DNA of 21,827 nucleotides from Enoplolaimus lenunculus (GCA_030248215.1 JASANG010001107.1:806001-827827), one strand, 5' to 3'; positions 12,222 to 21,827 are shown, counted from the stretch's first letter. Notes: generated by a model from the sequence alone, not told the origin. Numbers and translations: made by a program.

Positions 12222-12298
12222 TCATGCTGCTGTTGTGGTTGTTGTGGTGGTTGTTGTTGCAGTAGAAGTTCCCCCAGATGCAGTTGTAGCAGGTGTAC
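12222..12298 (-). CDS. ShKT protein exon 5, Thr-rich mucin-like tail and TGA stop
   Basis: Acceptor TTCAAG; ACA/ACC codon run; TGA at 12224-12222. Confidence 0.78.
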
Positions 12299-15200
12299 CT
12301 TGAATCGACAGCGACACAAATGAATTGCTATTTAAAATGTCTCCCGTAAAAATTTTCAAAGTTTTACATTTCAGTAATTTTTAGGGAAGTGTTTACTGCA
12401 AAAACTGAAATAGTTTTTAAGTTCAACATTTCATTAGAAGCAGAATAATAAAACCCCAAATTCGTTTGATGCGGGCGTGAATAATTTTTAGTTGCATTTA
12501 TTATCGCGTTATACTTCTCATCAATCTTCTATTTTCCTTCATTTAAAATTAAAGCTTATACAGACGTAGGCTTTGTGGAACACTTAGGTTGTAAAACAAA
12601 CACAAAGGCTTAGAATTAGGCTTACACTGTAAATTTCAGTGAGTTGATTGTAAAAATGAGCTGAATCACTCAGTCTGAGATAGGACTATCTGAACTGACA
12701 ATTTTGATTTGATTCAACTAATTTGTTTAATCAATCAACTCCTCCGGTGTCAAATCAAGTAACAGTGAGAATCAAGTAACTCAGAGTGAGTTAAAAGTTT
12801 AACTGTTATTAACAACGAAATAACTAACTTTCTGACTGCTGAGTTGATTAATTAACTCATTGGAATTTACAGTGTATGTATAGTGTTAAGTCTAAAAAGC
12901 AAATCTGAGAAAAGGTGTCAATAAACCTAAACATAAACCTAAGTGTAAATGTGGAAAATGTTCACTCCAAAACACGACTTATTTGCAGTTTTTTGCTCAA
13001 ACAAGTTTTCAACCATTTTTATGACGATGACTGCTGTCGGCCATAATTTCCGGTATTAAGGCGGTCGGTATAATCCCACAAAATTAGCTGTAAAACCAAC
13101 TGTAATCAACACGAAACAAAAATAGTCAAACGCAGTGCATTTGATGAGAATTCTCAGAGTACTCAGAGTTAAGAACATATTTAATTATCACAAAAACACT
13201 CTTAAAAGTAAACATCCGGTTGCACTCTGACCGATACCTACACATAAACATCCGTTGTTTTGTTACAAGTGTTTTTTTAACTTACTAGAAGCCGAATTAC
13301 ACGAAGCACAACAAATAACTTTTTGACCGTCATCACATTGCCTCTGTTGTAACTCTTGGCATGAATCAAATTGATCAATGCAATTTTGAGCTAAAAAATT
13401 TAAAATGTACAATCGTTAGCAGCGGCGGGTCCAGAAATTCCTAAACGAGAACTGTGTGAGAACAGAATGGAAGAAACTCGCCACCTAATGAGCGAAAAAC
13501 CGAACGCTATTTTAATGCTAAATTTTATATACAGAAGCTTGGTTTTGATCAATGTTGCATTGGAAGGTGTAGGACAACGTGGCTCCCTTTGGATCTGACA
13601 GCGATCGTTTAACTTTCGCTTAAATAAGAAAAAAACTTACACAAAACACTACGATGTATTCGATAGATAAATCAAAATTTGAAAAGAGTGACGTATCCAA
13701 GATTTCCCGATGAAATGACTGGATCCCTCTAGACAATTTTAACATCACATCCCCTTGCAAAATTTTAAATTTGCGGAAGTCCGGTCTGGGGGAATCCGAC
13801 CATCATACCCCAGTTCCGCTCGTGAATAAAGGCAGTCACATTAAAACAAAGTAAATTTATTTTCTCATAAATACCGACAACTTACACTAGCAATTAACTC
13901 CGAACTAATACATTGCAGAATGCATTAGGTAGGAACCGATATTACATAATTAAATATTATGTAGGTCACACATTTTACTATTGGATAATGGTTTATTTAC
14001 ACAAAAAATATCTGCCCTATTTACTAAGTAGTCCGCAGACACAATACAGTTTCTCGGTAACTGTATGTGGACAAAACAGATTTAGCTAGCTCCTATTGCG
14101 TGTTAGCAGTGATGGAGCAGACAGGGGTGAGCACCCCCAAACTCAAGGTTGGGGGCACCCAGCGTGTATGTGGATACAGAATTTATCGATGTTTGATTTT
14201 AGGTTGTCCGAGCTCAACGCTCGTGTTTGATAGCTGTGCGGTTGCGTTTCATGAGGAGAATCTTATCTTAAAGTAAAGCCAGCGAGTGTAGCGAGCGAGA
14301 AAATTTGTTGGCATTTAGCATTTAGCAGCCTGGTGATTATTCTAATGCATGTGTAGTGTTATGCCATTTGTAAAATCACAAATGTAGGATACTGTCAAAT
14401 TCGCGAGCGATGTGAGCGGGAAGCCAGACGCATTTCAAAACTTCGGCGTGGTTTCTGTTTCATCCGGTTGGGGTGGGGCCCCTTTAGGGGTGGGCCCCCC
14501 TATTGAGGAGCATGGGGGTGGCTGCTTCGGCCCTGCGTAAAATATACAACACGGCAGTTGTTTTACCTTGTTGACATTCATTACATGTCTTTCGGCATCC
14601 ACGTTTTATTAAATCTTGGTTGCACTTTTCAGCAGTGTTGCCTACTGTTCTACAAGTGTTGTCGCCAAGAAAGTTCCCACAGTCTGAACAATAATGGTAG
14701 GTACATATATAAAAGTAAACTATTATACTGTCAACAAGAATCAAACCCACACGTAGTCCCCCTCAAACACCTTACTTACTACAGTTGGAATGTCACACCT
14801 GTGTAGTCGGGACGACGCTTTTCTGCGAAGTGCTGCAAATATACTTGTTTTTCCATCGAAATTTCTCCGAAACTTATGTCCGCGCCGTGAATCGAACTTC
14901 GGGTCTCCCGTTCATAAGAGTCAAACTGTTCTTAAAGAGCGATTTTCAAGCGCATGACTGTTTACTTGTGCAAAAAAACCAACTTACGATTCAACACACT
15001 AGTAATATGCTTATATGCAGCAAACTGGGCATTCGAATTTACTAGCGGTTAGCATTATACACGCTATTCAATGATTGTAAGGCGCCTTTTTCTTGTTTTT
15101 CTAAAGTTAGCCGTAAACCCGCTGGCCCGGGCCGGCCGTAATTTTTCGGCCGGTTTTTTAGCACTGCTGCAAATATATACTTGGTTTTTCTTTTTTCATC

Positions 15201-16346
15201 GAAAGATATGTTCGCGCCGGGAATCGAACGTCGGGTCTCTCGTTCACGAGACAAGCGCGCTACATGCACACGATCCACCACAAATATCTATTCACTTACG
15301 GTTGAAATGTCAGAACTATGCTTTCAGGACGACCCCTTTGTACGATGTAATCAAACTGATTTTTAACGCGGTTCCAACGGTTTGTGATTAAACCAAATGA
15401 GTTATAACTCCTGAACCAATTGTCTGTCTGTGATTTTTGCTGCTCAGCCTCAAAATCTTAAGTCTAAAATCACTTTGCCAAAGGCGGTAAAAATAACGGT
15501 ATAAATAATATTTGTAAATGGGTTTTCACCCATGGTCCGTTCCATCTGTTAGAAGCTATTCAAACGGCGAACAATCCAAAAGATCGACCAAAATCAATTT
15601 GCACTCCAGCAATGATTTGATCTACCCGTTAAACAAATAAGTGTTTGGCACGTCCAAGGAACCGAATGAAACAAACAGCTGTAAGCAAAAAATTAGTCTA
15701 CAGCTTAAGCTTACTTTATTCTAGTCCCACATCTTTACATGGGCCATAATATGAAAACACCATACAATAAAAACTCTTTACCTGTTGCCGATGAACATAA
15801 TTTACACCGTTTTTGACAAGCTGACCTCATCAAAGCCGATGTTATGCATTGTAGATCTGAATTCAAAGCACAACTCGTGTCACCAAAAGCATTGAGGCAA
15901 TTTGAGTTGTCTAAAACTAAGTCATGAGATGAAACGTCCAATTATTTTAGCGTAGAATTAAATGACGTTTGTTGAGTATTTAAACCGGATAGAAATTGTC
16001 CGGAAACCAAACGCAATAATGTTAGCTGCATGTTGGCATCCGGCCTGGTCAACACGATTCATATCCTGTCCGCTGCTATGAGAGTTTCAATAGGTTTTCA
16101 GTAAGACTTGGCATGTAAAACTTTCCTATTACGTCAGCCCCGCACCCAAATGCTACCACTGCCTAAAAGTTCCTGAACAAAATAGACTATTGGCTAAATT
16201 AAACGAGTGTTCAAGCGAAACTTGTTGAGAGTGAAGAGTACTTTTTTGTGCAGCATAAATGAATTTTTAAATGCGCTGCTCTTACCTTGGCAGTTAGCAA
16301 CTGCGTACAACAGTAGAACCGCGACGCACAGTACAAGAATGTTCAT
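12222..16346 (-). CDS. Secreted Cys-rich protein, 162 aa: signal peptide + 2 ShKT-like domains + PLAC-like domain + Ser/Thr-rich tail; exons 16286-16346, 15782-15910, 14567-14683, 13286-13390, 12222-12298
   Basis: All four introns are GT-AG and phase 1. The spliced CDS is 489 nt and open: MNILVLCVAVLLLYAVANCQ/DNSNCLNAFGDTSCALNSDLQCITSALMRSACQKRCKLCSSAT/DCGNFLGDNTCRTVGNTAEKCNQDLIKRGCRKTCNECQQ/AQNCIDQFDSCQELQQRQCDDGQKVICCASCNSAS/STPATTASGGTSTATTTTTTTTTAA*. Confidence 0.88.
12623..12876. mobile_element. CACTG-terminated MITE flanked by TA (CACTA/EnSpm-like)
   Basis: TA|CACTGTAAATTTCAGTGAGTT ... AACTCATTGGAATTTACAGTG|TA; internal GAGTT/AACTC repeats. Confidence 0.75.
13286..13390 (-). CDS. ShKT protein exon 4, PLAC-like six-Cys domain
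   Basis: CID...C...C...CCASC pattern; acceptor TTTTTAG, donor A|GTAAGT. Confidence 0.85.
14107..14535. mobile_element. Degenerate hAT-like MITE in ShKT gene intron
   Basis: CAGTGATGGAGCAG ... CTGCTTCGGCCCTG ends; GGGGC(A/C)CCC subterminal palindromes; GCGAGC motifs; TSD not clear. Confidence 0.5.
14567..14683 (-). CDS. ShKT protein exon 3, ShKT-like domain 2
   Basis: Six Cys ending CRKTCNEC (ShK-type CxxTCxxC); acceptor TGTTCAG, donor AG|GTAAAA. Confidence 0.9.
14832..14928 (-). mobile_element. Second, truncated copy of the tRNA-derived element
   Basis: CTGCAAATATAC...CATCGAAA...CGCGCCGTGAATCGAACTTCGGGTCTCCCGTTCA aligns with 15167-15250. Confidence 0.55.
15210..15281 (-). mobile_element. 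tRNA-derived SINE head / pseudo-tRNA
   Basis: Minus strand has B-box GTTCGATTCCC and an anticodon-like arm CTTGT-CTCGTGA-ACGAG; acceptor stem not convincing; second diverged copy at about 14878-14928 sharing flank. Confidence 0.55.
15782..15910 (-). CDS. ShKT protein exon 2, ShKT-like domain 1
   Basis: Six Cys, C-x8-C-x7-C-x9-C-x3-C-x2-C; acceptor TTTTAG, donor AG|GTAAAG. Confidence 0.88.
16286..16346 (-). CDS. ShKT protein exon 1, signal peptide
   Basis: AAAATG context; hydrophobic core ILVLCVAVLLLYAVA; donor AG|GTAAGA, phase 1. Confidence 0.85.
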
Positions 16347-16884
16347 TTTGAGCACAAAAATGCTATTAACACAGCGAAATACAACGAAATCAAATAACCT
16401 CAGAAAAATCGTATATACAGAAAACTGTGCAATTCAAAAACGAAACAAGACAGGGGTAAGTATCTGCATCTATACCGCGTTTAGCTAATTTTACTTTATC
16501 ATTTGCATAAAATGCCCAAAAAAGCTCCAAGTTGTTATAAACCATACATGATACCATGCATACTAATTATTCAAAACAGCTGTTCAACATACCGCTGACA
16601 TTGGTATAGCTAGAATTTAAGCCAGTATTTAAATGAAGCCGACTGGCTTGCGTGCGACGTATATACCACTAAATTACAATAATTGTAATATTGTAATAAA
16701 TGTTTTGTCACTCATTTAATAATAAAATTTGAAGTTTTAAATCGCAGTCACATTTTGATAATTAGAGCATTCATTTGCTGTGCTGATCCATTCAAGTAAT
16801 AACTGAGACCACTTACTAAGAACAACAGAATAAAAGTGCAAACGAACGAAAGAACGGGAGAAATCTAAACTCAATCACCTTCTC

Positions 16885-16986
16885 ATAACGGAATTCCGGC
16901 ATCGGAAGAGCAGTCAGTCGGAATCGAAATCGGAACCAAAATTTTATCAGAATTTTAGCCGGAATCGGAATTCCATTGCAACCCTG
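16885..16986. repeat. CGGAAT(C) repeat remnant ending in a hAT-like terminus
   Basis: CGGAATCGGAA motifs ending TGCAACCCTG (reverse complement CAGGGTTGCA). Confidence 0.5.
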
Positions 16987-17282
16987 TATGTTTACATTCG
17001 CATAAGTCGTGTCCATCTATATACGGCTCTTCTATACTTTCTTCCAATACAAAGTTAAGGCTTAGACTTCGATAAAATAGGCAGAGGTTTAAGCTTCAAC
17101 TTTGGTAGGCTCTTCGAAAACCCAAGTTTGTGCACAGTTTTTAGCGTGTGGCGAGAAGTGTGCAAGAGACAATGATACTAAGCTAAACTTGGATCGACCA
17201 GTCAGACAGAAGTTACTCATTCGCACAAAACACGTAATTTCATAGCACACAAAGGTTCCCCGCAAAGCAGCAATAATGAATC

Positions 17283-17465
17283 TACAATTGTCGCTCGACA
17301 ACTTGTCGCCCAATAGAGTCCTAAAACCTGTGAATAAATGTAAGCATAATACAAAGCGTAACCCAAAACAAAAGCGTAAGCTTAAACATAATGATAGGCG
17401 ACAAATTGTCGAGTCGGTGAAATTTTGGATTACAAGTTGTCGTGCGACGAATTGTCGTGATACCA
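17283..17465. repeat. Palindromic MITE-like remnant with CGACAA/TTGTCG repeats
   Basis: Inverted CGACAA(N)TTGTCG arrays flanking degenerate hexamer repeats. Confidence 0.55.
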
Positions 17466-18180
17466 CTAATAACACGATAAATGAAGTTGATCCTTTATAA
17501 ATGTCTTTGCATTTTCGGATCATTAAGCCCTATTGACACGTGCAAGTTTTTTCAACGAGAACGAGCAGCTGCAACTTGCGCGAATAACTTGCAGCTGCAA
17601 GTATTTGTACAGATAACATTTGATAACATTCTCATTCTGAATCGTGGCGTGAATTTATATGAATATTTTGCGAACTAATTCTTGCGTAAATTCATCACGA
17701 ATAAATTGCAGATACAAGTTCTTCGAATGAATTTTCGAAACCAAATAGCAGCTGCACGTTTTAGTTGTAACAAACATTCTCGCGTGAACAATTCTTTACT
17801 CAAAATTTTTTGACTTGAAAATGCTTTCATATCCTACAATTTCAACTTTGAGGTAAAAGATGTCAAAATTGTCCCGTCACCATCGCCATGCACTAACAAA
17901 AGTCAAACAAGTTTGTCATTAGACTAATAACTTGAACTGCTTGAATAAATTCAAAAAGTCTAAATCAATTCAAAAGCGCTTGACCACACGGTTTCAGATT
18001 GGCAATCAAAATGCACTGCAATAAATTTAATCTACCGGCAACTGCGGTCATACGTGCGAATTAAATTTAACAGCATGATTTCCAGTGAATTTTTTGCAAA
18101 TGCACGAATTCTAAAGCTGTTCTGCGACGGGATTCTTTATACGTTCAAATAAACCAATTCAGTACATTCTTCACATTTTG

Positions 18181-18369
18181 GGCCCATGTAAAGATCAGGG
18201 GCGAAACGTCTCTCTGTGGGACTGCAATAGAGTAAGCTTAATTCTTAGACTAATTTTTTGCTTAGCTTAGGCTTAGGCTTAGGCTTAGGAATATGCTAAT
18301 TCTTACGCTTAGGCTTAGACTTAGGAATCTGCTTAAAATACTGTTCCGCCCCTGATCTTTACATTGGCC
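18181..18369 (+). mobile_element. MITE family B (Merlin-like), near-intact copy with TTAGGC repeats
   Basis: 27-bp TIR GGCCCATGTAAAGATCAGGGGCGAAAC (25/27 match); TSD ACATTTTG / ACACTTTG; internal (TTAGGC)n. Confidence 0.88.
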
Positions 18370-18386
18370 ACACTTTGCGCGTGTCG

Positions 18387-18392
18387 TTTATT
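18387..18392 (-). promoter_or_regulatory. Probable polyadenylation signal of the DUF1295 gene
   Basis: AATAAA on the minus strand about 35 nt after the stop codon. Confidence 0.55.
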
Positions 18393-18425
18393 CGCAGCAA
18401 TTAATGTAGATCCATGACGTCCTTG

Positions 18426-18573
18426 TTAAGGATATCTAAGAAATGGCACCAATATAGCTGTGCCCTTTCTATATGCCACATATTCAGGATTGTTTCCCCA
18501 CTTGTTAAGCGCATACTGTTCTAACGGAGGAATACCACTGACTTTGCATATAAGCATCGCGTCCAAAATAGGG
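18426..18573 (-). CDS. DUF1295 last exon ([48 protein letters not shown])
   Basis: Acceptor TTTTAG, phase 2; TAA stop at 18428-18426. Confidence 0.9.
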
Positions 18574-20711
18574 CTAAAACATAAAAAAATCGTTTATTTC
18601 ATTAAAATTTTTGGCAACCAAGAAACTATAATGTTGTAATATTTCATCCCCAAAACATTTTTTCCGTTTCATGTTGATCCCTAAATTTATAATCGTTTGC
18701 CGGAATCTTTTATACAAATTTAAATTTTCCTCCTAACACTAAAGGGGACTCTAGTTGACAACGTTGGGGAGGTTTTAATTGCTAATATTACCCCAGAAAA
18801 TATTTCGTTTTAATTTTTTTCTAACAGCTATGTATAAAAATAACAAGCCATTATAACTCCTCATGAAGCCACAACCAGAGATGTAAAAAAACCGAAGCCG
18901 GAACCGAAGGTAAACGAAATTTGCCGGAACCGCACAGGTGAGCCCGGGGGTAAAGAAAAATGGTTACTAAAATTACATAAACTAACTAAATTTTAAACAG
19001 TAAGCTGTAAAACACTGTCAAAAATTGTTTTCATCCTGTTTTTTAGATTTCAAAAATTTAGTTTGCAAATTGCACAAAATTTTGAAACAGACACATTCAA
19101 CCGACTCAACTTTATAAAACTACAAAACTCTACACTACCGAAGTTGCCGGAGGTCCATTTTCAGCCGGAACCAGAAAAAGACCTCAAGTTGTACCATATA
19201 ATCCTTTAAACACTAAAATTTTGTAACTTGAAAAATTATTTCGAAATGAATATCTTTAGATGTTGTTCAATTTTTTCAATAAGTTGTTAGATGAAAAAAT
19301 CTTATCTGTAATTTTGTCAAACATGACAACGAAATCGATAAAAATAAGCTTTAGTCGCGTTTTGGCCTTTTCGCTAGTCATTTGAAAAGCTCAAAGTAAT
19401 AATTCTGTGATGAAAATTACTTCACACTGCAGTTCCTGTTCTGTTCGTTTCAGCAAGAAAACAAATTTCTGTTCCTGTTCTGGCAAAATCTTGTTTTGAA
19501 AGTTTATTTGACCTTCACAAATATAAAGTGGTTGAAAATACTCTGATCGAAGATTCTGATAAACTTCGTCTGCAATATTGACCGACTTACGTACCACAAC
19601 AAACTGAAGTATTCCCACTTGGAAGTGAACGACGAAGACGATGACAACCACAGTCCAAGCCATAGCAGAATTTCGCCAAAATAATTTGGATGTCGCGATA
19701 TACTCCATAAGCCCGAACGAATAAATTTGCCCTTCAATCGTATATGATGAGTTCAACAGAGACGTACTTACACAAGAGGACTCTTTTATACTGTAGTTAC
19801 CCGAATAAGAGGGGGAAATAAGAGGAAAGGTTCCCATTTTGAGTCCCAATCAAAAGAGTAGGTATCCCTAAAACAAGAGTCCGTAAGGGGATGGAGTCAC
19901 TAAATACTAACTGGAGTGCATAAATATCAATTGTAACTAACTGTACTGCATAAATATATAACTCCAGGCCCGAATAAAGTTGAGTTCGAAACTTTAAAAC
20001 ATACTTAAGTTTTGAAAGTATATAATTCCTATGTATAATCTTGCATTATCGCTCACGCTATTGATACAAGACAAATAAACATTTAATTCAACGGATAATT
20101 ACAGACCGTATATATCAATAAAGGAGAGTGGCGACCCCAAAGTTTTCGAAACGTGCGAATTTTGAGGTAAAAGACTTCATCTTAGACTTCAGTTTGTGAC
20201 ACGGGCCCGTGTAAAGATCAGGGGCGAAAAGTGTACATGTACCAAGTTGGTACAGAAAGACACGTAAGCTGAAATTCGTTAAAGAATTGAAAATTTAACA
20301 ATTTTGCTAGCTTTAGATAAACCTCTTTGACGTTGGAGCTAAAAGTCTAAAAAATGTCTCGCTCGCTAGCACACAATTACTATACAAGCACTTGCCCTCT
20401 CGAAATGAAATTCAAGCCACGCCACCCAGCTGCGGAGTATAAGAAAAGCACGCTGCTAACATTTCTCTACAGAATTCATAAACTTTAGCAACGACGCAAT
20501 AAACCGCAGTTAATCACTAGGAATACCGTGTTGATAGGATCCTGTGCGAAACGTCTTTTTTGCCAATCGGCAATCGTTTCAATTGCAAACCCAATGCTCC
20601 ACAGTGTATATCCTATCCAGTCTCGCCATGTTAAACGTCGATTCACTTGCTGCGTATCCGACTTTGAAAACAATATTAAATTTGGCAGTATCGTAATGTA
20701 CACTTATATTG
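18426..20711 (-). CDS. DUF1295 / steroid 5-alpha-reductase-like membrane protein, last three exons (20527-20711, 19595-19731, 18426-18573); 5' part not found in window; in-frame TAA at 20704-20706 (possible pseudogene or alternative acceptor)
   Basis: Spliced translation contains family hallmarks: [59 protein letters not shown]. Splice phases are consistent. Confidence 0.88.
19595..19731 (-). CDS. DUF1295 exon ([20 protein letters not shown]...)
   Basis: Acceptor TTGAAG; donor TG|GTACGT, phase 2. Confidence 0.9.
19789..20133 (-). mobile_element. MITE family A, copy 4 (inverted, truncated), in a DUF1295 intron
   Basis: Starts TACTGTAGTTACCCGAATAAGAGGGGG; colinear with the reverse complement of copies 1 and 2. 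Confidence 0.78.
20204..20230 (+). mobile_element. Solo family B-type TIR
   Basis: GGCCCGTGTAAAGATCAGGGGCGAAAA; different internal sequence follows and no partner TIR was found. Confidence 0.55.
20527..20711 (-). CDS. DUF1295 exon (AI*VYITILP...AQDPINT)
   Basis: Acceptor TTTTTAG ending at 20712 (alternative AAG acceptor at 20705-20703); donor ACG|GTATTC. Confidence 0.8.
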
Positions 20712-21827
20712 CTAAAAACATGTATAAAATTAAAATTTTAACTCAAAGATATTTTACCTTTTTCCGCACGAATTTTTTTCTATTTCAGCTGAAATAGAAT
20801 TTCAAGCGAGATTGAAATTTCGAAACGTTGTGCCGTTTATTAAGCGTTTCGCTCGGCTGCGAAACCTTGACGATGGAGCCTGATCAGCTTTTTCGTCATG
20901 TGCCGATTTTGTACTGCGCATACATGCGTCATGGTAAATATTGAACACTGCGCATTATCAGAGCCGAAACTACATATAGCGAGCCCACATGCTGGCCACT
21001 AAGGTCCCCATAAGATTCAATGGGGTCCCAAATGATTCATTAAAGTCATACTTGACCTGCAATATCTCTTGTCGTTCACTGAGTCCCCCGTGTCGTTCAC
21101 AGGGGCCCTATTCAAGAGGAAAATTATCTATAAATCTAGGCGAACATATTTTGTGTTGAACTACGGGAGTGCTAGCATTGGCAGTGAGCATTGTGTATAT
21201 GCATATTGTAGTTGCGCGAGACCAATTTACTTGCAATAAAAAAACTTTTCAGACTAAATCTGGTTGTGCTGTGAGTCGAAAATATTTGTTAACCTGTTGT
21301 GCAAATTTTTGTATGGTTTACTGCAATTTTTGTGAAAATTTTGCGTATTAACATACAACACTACAATTTTGTTCGAAAACTAGATATAATTTTGCACATA
21401 AAATATACAACACAATGTTTAAGGGTTCCGGGGGCCCCACCCCGAAATTTATGGTAAAGTTGCTGAGTATGTAGCTAGAAAAATTCAGTGATGCACAATT
21501 GAAAAGCATAAGGTTCGCATACACCGTTTAGCGATGGGTTTTCACATTCACTAACTTATGCAATTGTGGATTTCAAAATTAGCACAGAAGTAATACAAAT
21601 CAATATGTAAAATGAAGGAATTTTAAACCTCATTATTTACTGGTTCGAAAGTTTCATGACCAATCATCAATGGGTTATAGGTGCTGCACACATTGGATAA
21701 TATTGACGTTGGAGTAATATAAAACTAGATATTATTGTAAAACACCACATTTATGGTGGAAAATTATTTATTTCTGAATAACAAATTAAAGAAAGGAAAT
21801 ATACAATAGATTGAGCAACTTATCAGC

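Noticed and set aside
12030..12323. Plus-strand ORF with a poly-Cys run (CCCCGCCGGCCC), metallothionein-like
   Set aside because: It is the antisense of the Thr-codon (ACA/ACC) run in the last coding exon of the minus-strand ShKT gene.
15210..15281. Functional tRNA-Thr(CGT) gene
   Set aside because: The acceptor stem and D-arm do not pair convincingly, and a diverged duplicate lies nearby, so it was treated as SINE/pseudo-tRNA.
19585..19590. Stronger-looking GTAAGT donor 4 nt past the chosen DUF1295 donor
   Set aside because: Its phase 0 would put the last exon out of frame; GTACGT at 19594 keeps the conserved frame.
19391..19849. Longest ORF in the track (152 aa, minus)
   Set aside because: It is an off-frame read through a family A MITE, intron sequence and the DUF1295 exon; the true frame is the RHPNYFGE frame.
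20789..20830. Hammerhead-like CTGA...hairpin...GAAAC arrangement; also CTGATGA at about 573, 1690 and 8198
   Set aside because: The catalytic core is incomplete in every case (no CUGANGA together with GAAA and closing stems).

Overview
AT-rich eukaryotic (animal, probably nematode-like) genomic DNA. Splice acceptors are mostly TTTTAG/TTTCAG and there are interstitial TTAGGC repeats. Most ORFs in the supplied track are spurious. Three spliced protein-coding genes can be rebuilt by hand, all on the minus strand. (1) The first seven coding exons of a Hook-family dynein adaptor (3868 to 238), running off the left edge. (2) A complete 162-aa secreted protein with a signal peptide, two ShKT-like six-Cys modules, a PLAC-like six-Cys module and a Thr-rich tail (16346 to 12222). 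Each module has its own phase-1 exon, and a probable intron follows the stop. (3) The last three exons of a DUF1295 / steroid 5-alpha-reductase-like membrane protein (20711 to 18426). One of these exons has an in-frame TAA where a conserved Trp is expected. Introns and intergenic DNA are dense with non-autonomous DNA transposons: a 1.8-kb hAT-type element with an 8-bp TSD, four copies of a TA-flanked MITE, a GG-terminated MITE with an 8-bp TSD (Merlin-like) carrying TTAGGC repeats, a CACTG-ended MITE and tRNA-derived SINE-like fragments. Some of these are nested. No prokaryotic features, CRISPR arrays or rRNA were seen.
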